Source: Geotalea daltonii FRC-32 (GTDB lineage Bacteria; Desulfobacterota; Desulfuromonadia; Geobacterales; Geobacteraceae). Taken from it: a DNA stretch of 32,000 nucleotides. The DNA is taken from assembly GCF_000022265.1 (NCBI RefSeq), contig NC_011979.1, forward strand, positions 3,360,001 through 3,392,000, read 5' to 3'. The notes beneath the pieces were generated by a model. It searched no databases and had not been told where the DNA came from. It was given only the letters and a program-made list of their open reading frames with translations. Position 1 is the stretch's first letter. Each line of letters begins with the position of its first letter. Shown here piece after piece: positions 7,439 through 15,651 of this stretch. The position numbers and the translations under genes were made by a program.

Positions 7439-9023
7439 CACTAGTCCTTGTCTTCGGGACAGGCAACCACATGGTTACGACTGTTCCCTTGCCTGTTTCG
7501 CTTTCAGCGATGATCCTGCCGTTAAAAGAATCAATAATCCTTGCACAAATTGCCAAGCCAAGTCCTGTACCTTTGCCTGGTTCCTTTGTGGTGAAGAAGG
7601 GATCAAAAATCTTTTTAAGATTTTCTGCAGCTATCCCCTCTCCGTTATCCATGACAGAAATAAGCAACCAGCTGTCAACCCATTGTTTATTTACAGAAGC
7701 TAAACTGAAGGCATTATTGAAATCGCCCTTGCGCCGTCCGACAACCATCAGACCGGAATCGGGATTGTGAATTGGTGGCCGGTCATGCCGCACAAGGGAA
7801 GTCTTTATACCAAGACTTCCCCCGGCAGGCATGGCATCTCTTGCATTTATCAGCAGATTGATAAGCACCTGCTGAAGTTGATGGGGATCAATATTGATTA
7901 TGGGCAAATTCTCGCTGAGCTGCAGAGATAGGTCGAAAGATTTCAAAACTCCCTGATCTTTAAGGAGGTCGACCGTCTCGGCGACCAGTTGGGAAACCTT
8001 CACCTGCTCGTATTTGGTCTGTGTCGGTCGCGCATAATCGAGCAACCCACGGACAATTCGATCAATTCGGCCGGCTTCGGCCTCTATGCGATGCAGGTAG
8101 TCGGCTTTCACTTCATCATCTTTAAGATCATCTTTGAGAATGCCGGCATAACCGATAATGGCAGCAAGTGGAGTACCTACCTCGTGGGCCATGCCCGCTG
8201 CCAGCAGTCCAACGGACGCCATCTTCTCCGACCTTACCGTTTCCTCCCTCGCCAACTGAAGCTCCTGATTTGCTTTTTCCAGGGAGGCCACGGTCCGCTC
8301 CACCTCCAGCCGATTTTGTTCCAATGCTTCAGCCATGGTATTGAAGGATTCGGCCAGTTCAGCTATTTCAGCACTGCCCGGCACTTTGACAACATGACGG
8401 TAATCACCGGTGGCAATTCTTGCGGTAGCTGTCAAAAGTTTTCTTATCGGCACCACAATGATTCGAGAAAGCAGGAATGAGCCGAATCCCAGAAGGAGGA
8501 GAAAATCAAGCACGAAATAAGCGAGAAAAAGACGGCGTGACTCCCTGAGCCGCTCCTGCGCCTTTGCCAATGAGAGTGTAAGACGGGCCGCACCTGTAAC
8601 CCTGTTCCCGGAATAGACGGGAGCATAGCGAAAGATGAAACGGCCGTCACGGCTGTAGGCAAAGGACTCCCTCCCATTTTTCAAGGTATATTCAAGTTGG
8701 CTGTCTGTCCCTCTCTGGTCACGGACTACATAAAGCGGCTTCCCGCCGCCAGCTACAACATAGATCCCCGCAAAATCTTTCTCTTTGGCAAGTCGTGCAG
8801 AAAAAGTCCGGATGACAGAATTTTCCGCCAATTTTTTCAACGACGGGGGCAGAACTTCAACAAAAGCGGCCAGAAGAATGCGTGCTTCATCATTTTTTGT
8901 ATTGAGAAGGTCTTTTTCTGCGGTTTTAAAGGAGATCAGACTGAGCAAGAGCCAGGTCAGGACCAGCAGACAAGCCAGAGAGGAGAGAATGGAAACGGTG
9001 AGGGAAATGCGAAATTGTTTCAT
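7401..9023 (-). CDS. Sensor histidine kinase (2 TM, periplasmic sensor, HAMP, HisKA, HATPase_c)
   Basis: Track ORF 7401..9626 is over-extended; its first ~200 aa overlap pilD out of frame. The likely start is ATG 9023-9021 (MKQFRISL) with GGAGGG upstream. TM1 ILSSLACLLVLTWLLLSLI, a ~150-aa periplasmic segment, then TM2 LAYFVLDFLLLLGFGSFLLSRIIVV. H-box GMAHEVGTPL, N-box LINLLINARDAM, G-boxes DNGEGI and GKGTGLGLAI. The 3' end overlaps the response-regulator start by 38 nt. Confidence 0.85.
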   Translation of the reverse strand: MKQFRISLTVSILSSLACLLVLTWLLLSLISFKTAEKDLLNTKNDEARILLAAFVEVLPPSLKKLAENSVIRTFSARLAKEKDFAGIYVVAGGGKPLYVVRDQRGTDSQLEYTLKNGRESFAYSRDGRFIFRYAPVYSGNRVTGAARLTLSLAKAQERLRESRRLFLAYFVLDFLLLLGFGSFLLSRIIVVPIRKLLTATARIATGDYRHVVKVPGSAEIAELAESFNTMAEALEQNRLEVERTVASLEKANQELQLAREETVRSEKMASVGLLAAGMAHEVGTPLAAIIGYAGILKDDLKDDEVKADYLHRIEAEAGRIDRIVRGLLDYARPTQTKYEQVKVSQLVAETVDLLKDQGVLKSFDLSLQLSENLPIINIDPHQLQQVLINLLINARDAMPAGGSLGIKTSLVRHDRPPIHNPDSGLMVVGRRKGDFNNAFSLASVNKQWVDSWLLISVMDNGEGIAAENLKKIFDPFFTTKEPGKGTGLGLAICARIIDSFNGRIIAESETGKGTVVTMWLPVPKTRTSDERYGKQDHTCN

Positions 9024-9031
9024 GCTGCCCC

Positions 9032-9853
9032 CTACCCTCCTGGGCTGGGACCGGCCAGGGACATATACCACCAGATGATCTCGCGGCCGTAAAAGACATA
9101 GAGCAACGCGGCAAAGGCAAGAAAAGGCCCGAAGGGAATGGCCAGTTTGGAATCTTTTTTCTGAACCAGCATCAGGGTCACACCAACTATCGACCCGACC
9201 AAAGAAGCGACAAAAATGATGAAGGGAACTGAGCGCCAGCCGAGAAATGCCCCCATCATTGCCAGCAGTTTGATATCTCCCCCCCCCATCCCTTCTTTTT
9301 TGGTAAGGAACTGGTAACCATAGGCAACTACCAGCAGGCTGCCACCGCCGAGAAGCATGCCGATCAGGGAGTTCTTCCAGCCGAGCCATGGCAGAAAAAA
9401 AGAAGCGACAAAGCCGATTATTATACCTGGAAGGCTGATGATATCGGGAATGATCTGGTGTTCCAGATCGATAAAGGTGATGGTGACAAGGGCGGATGAA
9501 AATATGAAGAGGAAGAGAAAAGTAAGGGTCGGACCGAATTTGATGAAAAGAAACAGTGTGAGCAGGCCGTTTATCAACTCGACCAAGGGGTACTGGAGTG
9601 AGATCGGGGTCCTGCATGAGCGGCATTTGCCGCGGAGCAGCAGATAGCTGAGCATGGGAATATTATCGTAAAATCTGATCTTGTAATCGCAGTTCGGGCA
9701 GTGTGATGGGGGCAAGACCACCGATTGTCCGTTTGGCAAACGATAGATACAGACGTTGAGAAAGGAACCGACAACGGCGCCAAAAACAAAGGCAAATATA
9801 TAAAAAGGTAACGTGCCTGCCATACATATCTCCGTAAAGGGGGACATCGCCAT
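9032..9853 (-). CDS. pilD: Prepilin peptidase / N-methyltransferase (peptidase A24, PilD)
   Basis: FGAVVGSFLNVCIYRLP. Tetra-Cys CPNC...CRSC. Catalytic Asp motifs FIDLEHQIIPD and GMGGGDIKLLAMMGAFLGW. Polytopic membrane protein. An alternative start at ATG 9823 (MAGTLPFYIF) has a better GGAG Shine-Dalgarno sequence than ATG 9853. Confidence 0.9.
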   Translation of the reverse strand: MAMSPFTEICMAGTLPFYIFAFVFGAVVGSFLNVCIYRLPNGQSVVLPPSHCPNCDYKIRFYDNIPMLSYLLLRGKCRSCRTPISLQYPLVELINGLLTLFLFIKFGPTLTFLFLFIFSSALVTITFIDLEHQIIPDIISLPGIIIGFVASFFLPWLGWKNSLIGMLLGGGSLLVVAYGYQFLTKKEGMGGGDIKLLAMMGAFLGWRSVPFIIFVASLVGSIVGVTLMLVQKKDSKLAIPFGPFLAFAALLYVFYGREIIWWYMSLAGPSPGG

Positions 9854-9876
9854 GCCCGAGCCTGCCAGACTTGTTC

Positions 9877-12537
9877 CTACTTCAATCTTCTGATCTTCTC
9901 CAGGCTCTCGCCAAGCACCTGCTTCTTATTTGCAAATTCTGCAACCTTCTCTCGCTCCTTGGCCACCACTTCGGCAGGAGCCCGATCGACAAAGCTCGGA
10001 TTCTCAAGCTTTTTGCTCAGAAAATCTATATCTTTGTCGATTTTGCCTATTTCCTTCAGGAGGCGTTTTTCCTCTTCTTCAACGTTTACCAGCCCTTTAA
10101 GCGGGACGACTATTTCCACGTCCCCTGCAACTTGCAGAGCCGCATCGGCGGGACGTTCGATGTGCGTGCCAATGGCAAGATCGGAAAGCCTGGCCAGACT
10201 GACAATGTAGACCTCGTTCTTTTTAAGCAGCTTGAGGCTGGCTGGAGACTTGCAATCAAGCATGGCGGCAATGCTCTTGCTGGGAGGGACTTCCATCTCT
10301 CCGCGTATGTTCCTGATGCCACTGATTACAGCCATCACCAGTTCCATTTCCGTTGCTCCGTCACGAAAATCCCACTCCGCTTTGCGGCGCGGATATTCGG
10401 CCAGCATAATGCTGGCGGGACCCTTTTTCCCTGGCAGTGCTTGCCAGATCTCTTCGGTGATAAATGGCATGAAAGGATGCAGCAGCCTGAGAAGATGCTC
10501 CAGAACCATCCATAATATATAGCGCGCCGTAGTCTGCCGGGTGCTATCCCCCTTGTAGAGATCGTCCTTGACAAGCTCTATGTACCAGTCACAGAATTCG
10601 CTCCAGGTAAACCGGTACAAGGCAGCAGCAGCGTCATTGAAGCGATAGGCATTCAGGCTCTCCTCCACCTCGCCGGCTGTTTCATTTAGACGATACAGAA
10701 TCCAGCGATCGGCATTAGACAGCTCTAGTTCATCGGCCTTGACAGCATCAGGATCGAACCCTTCCAGGTTCATCATGGCAAAGCGGGAAGCATTCCAGAT
10801 CTTGTTGGCAAAGTTCCGGTAACCGGCGATTCGTTCCTCGGCCAGTTTTATGTCACGCCCCTGGGCTGCAAAGGCGGCCAGAGTAAAACGGAATGCGTCG
10901 GTGCCGTAAGAATCGATGACTGTCAAAGGATCGATGACGTTGCCCTTGGACTTGCTCATCTTCTGCCCTTGCGCATCGCGAACCAGGGCATGGATGTAGA
11001 CGTCCACGAAAGGGACCTCTTCCATGAAGTGCAACCCCATCATCATCATCCGTGCCACCCAGAAGAAGAGGATGTCAAAACCGGTGATCAGGCAGGAAGT
11101 GGGGTAGAAAGTTGCCAGCTCAGGGGTGCGGTCAGGCCAGCCCATGGTTGAAAAAGGCCAGAGGGCGGAAGAAAACCAGGTATCCAGTACATCAGTTTCC
11201 TGGCGGATCTCATCACTGCCGCACTTGGAGCATTTGACAGGATCCACCTTGGCAACGGTAATCTCACCACAATGGTCACAGTACCAGGCAGGAATGCGAT
11301 GCCCCCACCAGATCTGGCGTGAAATACACCAGTCACGGATATTCTCCATCCACTCGTAATAGGTATTCTCCCACTGCTGGGGAACAATGCGGGTCTTGCC
11401 CTCCTTTACGGCAGCAAGGGCTCTTTCTGCGAGAGGCCCGACCTTCACATACCACTGCAGAGACATGTAAGGCTCGACTACAGTTTTACACCTGTAACAG
11501 CCTCCCACTGACAGGGCATGGCTCTGGATCTTGTCCATTAGTCCCTGGGCTTCCAGATCAGCGATAATCTGCTTTCTGGCAGCGAAGCGCTCCATTCCCT
11601 CATACTGATGGCCGGCAGCGTTGATGACGCCCGATTCGTCAAAGATGTTGATTCTGTCCAGGTTGTGCCGTTTACCCACCTCGAAGTCATTGAAGTCGTG
11701 GGCCGGTGTGATTTTGACGACGCCGGTACCGAATTCCATGTCCACGTATTCATCGGCAATGATGGGAATCTTCCGGTTGACAAGGGGCAGCATGACGTGG
11801 CCGCCGATGAGGTCCGTATATCTTTCATCGTTCGGATTGACCGCAACAGCAGTATCGCCAAGCATGGTCTCAGGGCGGGTAGTGGCAACGACCAGATGCC
11901 GACCGGAGCCGACAACCGGGTAACGAAGATGCCAGAGATGGCCCTCTTTTTCTTCATGCTCCACTTCGATGTCGGAAAGTGCCGTATGACAGCGAGGACA
12001 CCAGTTGATGAGCCGGTTGTCCCGATAGATCAAGCCCTCTTCGTAGAGGCGGACAAATACCTCCCGGACTGCTTTGGACAGTCCCTCGTCCATGGTAAAC
12101 CGTTCACGTCCCCAGTCGCAGGAGGCGCCGAGCCTTTTCAGCTGGCCGATGATCTGCCCACCCGACTCGGACTTCCATTGCCAAACCCTTTCGGTAAAGG
12201 CCTCGCGACCAAGTTCATGACGGTCCTTCCCTTCGGCCGCCAGCTGCCGTTCGACCACATTCTGGGTGGCTATGCCGGCATGATCGGTTCCGGGCATCCA
12301 GAGTACATTGAACCCCTGCATACGCTTCCAGCGACAGAGAATATCCTGAAGGGTGTTGTTCAGGGCATGTCCCATATGCAGTACGCCAGTGATATTGGGG
12401 GGAGGAATTACTATGCTGTAGGCTGGCTTGGCAGAAGTTGCAGCAGCTGAAAAATAACCTTTTGCTTCCCACTCCCGGTACCACTTCTGTTCCACGTTTT
12501 CAGGATCGTATACCTTTGTCAATTCTTTATCTGCCAT
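9877..12537 (-). CDS. valS: Valyl-tRNA synthetase
   Basis: HIGH-type motif PPNITGVLHMGHALN, KMSKS motif QKMSKSKGN, editing domain, and C-terminal coiled coil. The track start at 12543 is TTG; the ATG at 12537 (MADKELTKVYDP) has AGAGG 6 nt upstream. Confidence 0.95.
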   Translation of the reverse strand: MADKELTKVYDPENVEQKWYREWEAKGYFSAAATSAKPAYSIVIPPPNITGVLHMGHALNNTLQDILCRWKRMQGFNVLWMPGTDHAGIATQNVVERQLAAEGKDRHELGREAFTERVWQWKSESGGQIIGQLKRLGASCDWGRERFTMDEGLSKAVREVFVRLYEEGLIYRDNRLINWCPRCHTALSDIEVEHEEKEGHLWHLRYPVVGSGRHLVVATTRPETMLGDTAVAVNPNDERYTDLIGGHVMLPLVNRKIPIIADEYVDMEFGTGVVKITPAHDFNDFEVGKRHNLDRINIFDESGVINAAGHQYEGMERFAARKQIIADLEAQGLMDKIQSHALSVGGCYRCKTVVEPYMSLQWYVKVGPLAERALAAVKEGKTRIVPQQWENTYYEWMENIRDWCISRQIWWGHRIPAWYCDHCGEITVAKVDPVKCSKCGSDEIRQETDVLDTWFSSALWPFSTMGWPDRTPELATFYPTSCLITGFDILFFWVARMMMMGLHFMEEVPFVDVYIHALVRDAQGQKMSKSKGNVIDPLTVIDSYGTDAFRFTLAAFAAQGRDIKLAEERIAGYRNFANKIWNASRFAMMNLEGFDPDAVKADELELSNADRWILYRLNETAGEVEESLNAYRFNDAAAALYRFTWSEFCDWYIELVKDDLYKGDSTRQTTARYILWMVLEHLLRLLHPFMPFITEEIWQALPGKKGPASIMLAEYPRRKAEWDFRDGATEMELVMAVISGIRNIRGEMEVPPSKSIAAMLDCKSPASLKLLKKNEVYIVSLARLSDLAIGTHIERPADAALQVAGDVEIVVPLKGLVNVEEEEKRLLKEIGKIDKDIDFLSKKLENPSFVDRAPAEVVAKEREKVAEFANKKQVLGESLEKIRRLK

Positions 12538-12560
12538 CAGCAACCTCTTTAAATAATTTC

Positions 12561-12587
12561 GAATAAAAAAGGGGATATGAAATCCCC
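12561..12587 (-). terminator. Rho-independent terminator downstream of the receiver-protein gene
   Basis: Minus strand reads AAAAAC-GGGGAT-ttcat-ATCCCC-TTTTTTATTC: a 6-bp stem (4 GC pairs), a 5-nt loop and a T6 tract. It lies 28 nt after the stop at 12615 and ends about 24 nt before the valS ATG. Confidence 0.6.
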
Positions 12588-12614
12588 GTTTTTAATGCCT
12601 ATAACTAAACAGTA

Positions 12615-13832
12615 TCAACTTCCGGATCCACCCTTAAGTTTGCGGATTTCTTCCTTGATAAGTAACTCCGCCAGATCGGGAACCACTTCCCAAACTATTT
12701 TCTCGATAACCTCCCGCGAAAGTGTGCGAAGTGCTGCTACCAGTTGAGCCTCTGTAATTACGGGAAGTTGTGAACCATCGGCAGCAGGAGCAGCTGACAC
12801 ACCAGCATCCGGTGTTGCCACAGGAGCAACCGGTGCTTGAGCAGGCTGGGGGGAAAATGTTGAGGATAAGTCCACAACAGTCTCAATATTCTCATTGAAG
12901 GAAAAACCTGTTTCCGGAGCAGGTTCTTCAGCTTCTGGGGCAAACTCGAATTCGGAAGGTTCAGCAGCCATACCCAGCTCTACAGGTTGGCCGACCTCTC
13001 CATGTTCTTCCTCCTGAAAAGCAAAAGTCTGCTCTTCCACAGGCTCCCAACCCGTCTCGAACTGCTGAACTTCAGCCTGAGTACTGGCTGCGACCGCACC
13101 ACCTATGTCATCGTTCACATCGGCAAAGGAAAATTCTTCATCAACTTCCACAGGAGCCGGAATTGCCACAGCAGGAACTTTTTCTTCGACAACCCCGAAT
13201 TCGGCAGCTCCACCTGCAGAAAGATCTTCAATTTCGAAAGCGCCCCACAGATCGTCGTCAGCACTCCCCTCGACAGCCTCCTCGCCAAGGGCAAAAACTT
13301 CCTCGGCTTTCTCTTCTATGACGGGCTCCTCGGCAAAGGCTTGAGCCAATTCATTTGCAACAGGCACGGCTGTCTGCATTGCCACGGCTGAGGGAAAGAC
13401 AGGTTCGGGCGATGCCGCAATTGCAACGGAGGATTCCGTAGCGGGAATTGACACCCTCTCCTTGCCTAGTTCGATCAGTTTTTTTACCCTGTCAATGAGC
13501 TGCTGGGATTCAAAAGGTTTTGAAATGAAATCGTCGGCACCGCTTTGACGGGCTTTGTCTTCATCAAATGGCTCAAAAGCACCGGTCATGAGGAGCAGCG
13601 GTATCGTGTTCAGCTTGGGGTCCCGCCGCACTCCTGCACAGACTTCATAGCCGTTTTTACCTGGCATGAGCGCATCGACAAGAATTATATCCGGAATTAT
13701 CTGTTTTGCTTTTTCCAGAGCTGCATCACCGTTATCAACAACAGTGAGTTCATAATCTTCATTCGCGAAGATTATACCGACAACTTTCTGGATGGTAATA
13801 CTGTCATCGGCGAGGAGCAATTTATTGCTCAT
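12615..13832 (-). CDS. CheY-like receiver protein with a long acidic Pro/Ala/Glu-rich disordered region and a conserved helical C-terminus (RomR-like architecture)
   Basis: ATG 13832 with GGAGGG upstream. REC domain: LLLADDS, phospho-acceptor D53 (ILVDALMPG), LLMTGA, SKPF. Residues ~125-355 are low complexity. The C-terminal ~45 aa read QLVAALRTLSREVIEKIVWEVVPDLAELLIKEEIRKLKGG. Confidence 0.8.
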   Translation of the reverse strand: MSNKLLLADDSITIQKVVGIIFANEDYELTVVDNGDAALEKAKQIIPDIILVDALMPGKNGYEVCAGVRRDPKLNTIPLLLMTGAFEPFDEDKARQSGADDFISKPFESQQLIDRVKKLIELGKERVSIPATESSVAIAASPEPVFPSAVAMQTAVPVANELAQAFAEEPVIEEKAEEVFALGEEAVEGSADDDLWGAFEIEDLSAGGAAEFGVVEEKVPAVAIPAPVEVDEEFSFADVNDDIGGAVAASTQAEVQQFETGWEPVEEQTFAFQEEEHGEVGQPVELGMAAEPSEFEFAPEAEEPAPETGFSFNENIETVVDLSSTFSPQPAQAPVAPVATPDAGVSAAPAADGSQLPVITEAQLVAALRTLSREVIEKIVWEVVPDLAELLIKEEIRKLKGGSGS

Positions 13833-13911
13833 CTATCCCTCCTCTGATGGGGCCTTAGAAAAAGACTGATTAGCCTGGGCGAAAGTTATAAATGGCCGAA
13901 CAAATGGGAAA

Positions 13912-13940
13912 AACCTAGCACAATGGCCATAGTGTGTCAA
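13912..13940 (-). promoter_or_regulatory. Candidate sigma-70 promoter for the receiver-protein gene
   Basis: Minus strand has TTGACA (13940-13935), a 17-nt spacer, then TAGGTT (13917-12). The -35 is perfect and the -10 is weak. It lies about 80 nt upstream of ATG 13832. Confidence 0.3.
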
Positions 13941-13960
13941 GTTATTTGCCTTTTCACGGG

Positions 13961-15136
13961 TTACGGGTAATCAAGGCTGGTCACTTCCTCAATTTTGGGT
14001 GAAGAAGGAGCAAACATTTCTGCTGCCGCGCTTGAAAGAGCGCCTCTCAGCAGGCTGAAACTACGAGTGTTTTTGTAGTCAAGCCTGGAGGTAAGAAGTA
14101 TCACAAACAGGTCGCTGTATGGATCGATCCAGATCGAGGAACCCGAATATCCGGTGTGGCCAAAGGAGGTGGATGAAAAGTAGTTTCCTCGTGGTGAAGA
14201 GTACGGAGAGTTTATGTCCCAACCGAGCCCCCTGATCACCTTGCCGCCGCGAGAAAAGTACGGTGCCGTCATCTGCTCGATAACTCGCTGGGAAAGGATC
14301 CGCTTCCCTTCATATTCGCCGCCATTCAGCATCATTCGGCAGAAACGAGCAAGATCACCGGCTGTACTGAAGAGCCCTGCATGACCAGCTACTCCACCTA
14401 ACTGTCGGGCAACATAATCCTGGGCTTGGCCGAACATGAGCGTTTTATCCGTATCCAAGGTAGCAGCACAACGCTGACCGTCTTCTTGGCTAGGGTTGAA
14501 GGTCGTATCTTTCATCCCCATCGGTTTGAAAAAGCTCGTTGCGGCATAGGTGTCAAGTCCGTTCCCTGATGCTCTTTTCACTGATTCAGCAAGGAGGATA
14601 AAATTTATGTCGGCATACTTGAATCGGCTCCAGACAGAGCCTTTCATTCTCTGGGTTGCGGCTCCGTTAACCGCACTCTGTATGGGGTTTTCCGAAGAGA
14701 GGGGAAAGTCGTCAAGGCCGGAAGTGTGGGTGAGAAGGTTGGCCATTAGCAGATCGTCTTTCATGTGGCCGTAAAATTCCGGGTACCATTTTTCAACAGG
14801 ATCAACGAGGCTGAGCTTCCCCTCTTCCATTAGCTTCAAGACGGCCGGGGTCGTAGCTATTACCTTGGTAAGAGAAGCGATGTCGAAGATGGTTTCGGTT
14901 GTCATCGCCCTGGCATCAGGAGCATTGGAGACCTTGCCATAGGCTTTTTCAAACAAGACCTTGGCATGGTCGCCGACGAGAACTACACCGCCAGCTATGA
15001 GACCGTCTGAGATTGCGCCCTCAATCAATTCATTGATCTTTGCATGGCGATCAGGAAGCTGTGGTATCTCATCGACGGCAAAGACCGGCGCAGTAACAAA
15101 CAACAGGAAAACGAAAAAATAACGGATCGAAAGCAC
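13961..15136 (-). CDS. Secreted serine hydrolase, beta-lactamase/PBP-like (class C / family VIII esterase type)
   Basis: GTG start at 15136. Signal peptide LSIRYFFVFLLFVTAPVFA/VDE. S-x-x-K motif IASLTKV. HTG box SFGHTGYSGS. Confidence 0.8.
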   Translation of the reverse strand: MLSIRYFFVFLLFVTAPVFAVDEIPQLPDRHAKINELIEGAISDGLIAGGVVLVGDHAKVLFEKAYGKVSNAPDARAMTTETIFDIASLTKVIATTPAVLKLMEEGKLSLVDPVEKWYPEFYGHMKDDLLMANLLTHTSGLDDFPLSSENPIQSAVNGAATQRMKGSVWSRFKYADINFILLAESVKRASGNGLDTYAATSFFKPMGMKDTTFNPSQEDGQRCAATLDTDKTLMFGQAQDYVARQLGGVAGHAGLFSTAGDLARFCRMMLNGGEYEGKRILSQRVIEQMTAPYFSRGGKVIRGLGWDINSPYSSPRGNYFSSTSFGHTGYSGSSIWIDPYSDLFVILLTSRLDYKNTRSFSLLRGALSSAAAEMFAPSSPKIEEVTSLDYP

Positions 15137-15188
15137 CTTTTCCCCGCAATCAGCAAGTTAATTTCCATCCGGAGTTTCCAGAGGAAAA

Positions 15189-15599
15189 CTAGTTAATCCT
15201 GAAATTGATGGATTTGAGAAGGTTACCTTCTTCGTCCAGAACTTCTACCCGCCAGTCACCGCTCGCACCCTTTCCAATAAGCTTCCGGCTGTAGGTACGC
15301 CAACGCTTCCCCTTCACGGGAAGATCATACTCGGCTGCGAACTGGTTATTTTTGTACCAGACATGCTTGACCGAAGCGTCTTCTTCCAGATCCTTGGTCA
15401 ACCTGGTAAAACAAAAAAGCGCTTTCACCGATGATGATGAAATGCGACTCACAGAATCGATGGGATTGCCCTTGACGATTTTAGTCGTCACCGCCATTTC
15501 GGTGATCTTGATTTCTCCGGCTCGAACAGTGTGACCAGAAGCGACAACAATGCTGACACTAGCAAATAACGACAATAATCCTGATAGCCTTACCCTCAT
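15189..15599 (-). CDS. DUF2914-like secreted protein
   Basis: The track ORF (to 15671) overlaps argJ. ATG 15599 (MRVRLSGLLSLFASVSIVVASGHTVRA) has GGAGG upstream and gives a signal peptide. C-terminal pattern VWYKNNQFAAEYDLPVKGKRWRTYSRKLIGKGASGDWRVEVLDEEGNLL is typical of DUF2914, as I recall that family. Confidence 0.6.
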   Translation of the reverse strand: MRVRLSGLLSLFASVSIVVASGHTVRAGEIKITEMAVTTKIVKGNPIDSVSRISSSSVKALFCFTRLTKDLEEDASVKHVWYKNNQFAAEYDLPVKGKRWRTYSRKLIGKGASGDWRVEVLDEEGNLLKSINFRIN

Positions 15600-15651
15600 A
15601 AAGCCTCCGGCATGATTTTGCAGATTTATTCTGCCTTTTTCGAAGACCGGA

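Noticed and set aside
9024-9626. 200-aa N-terminal extension of the histidine kinase ORF (track entry 7401..9626).
   Set aside because: The extension overlaps pilD in another frame and translates to Pro/Arg/His-rich nonsense. A proper ATG with GGAGGG at 9023 gives a normal TM1-sensor-TM2 kinase.
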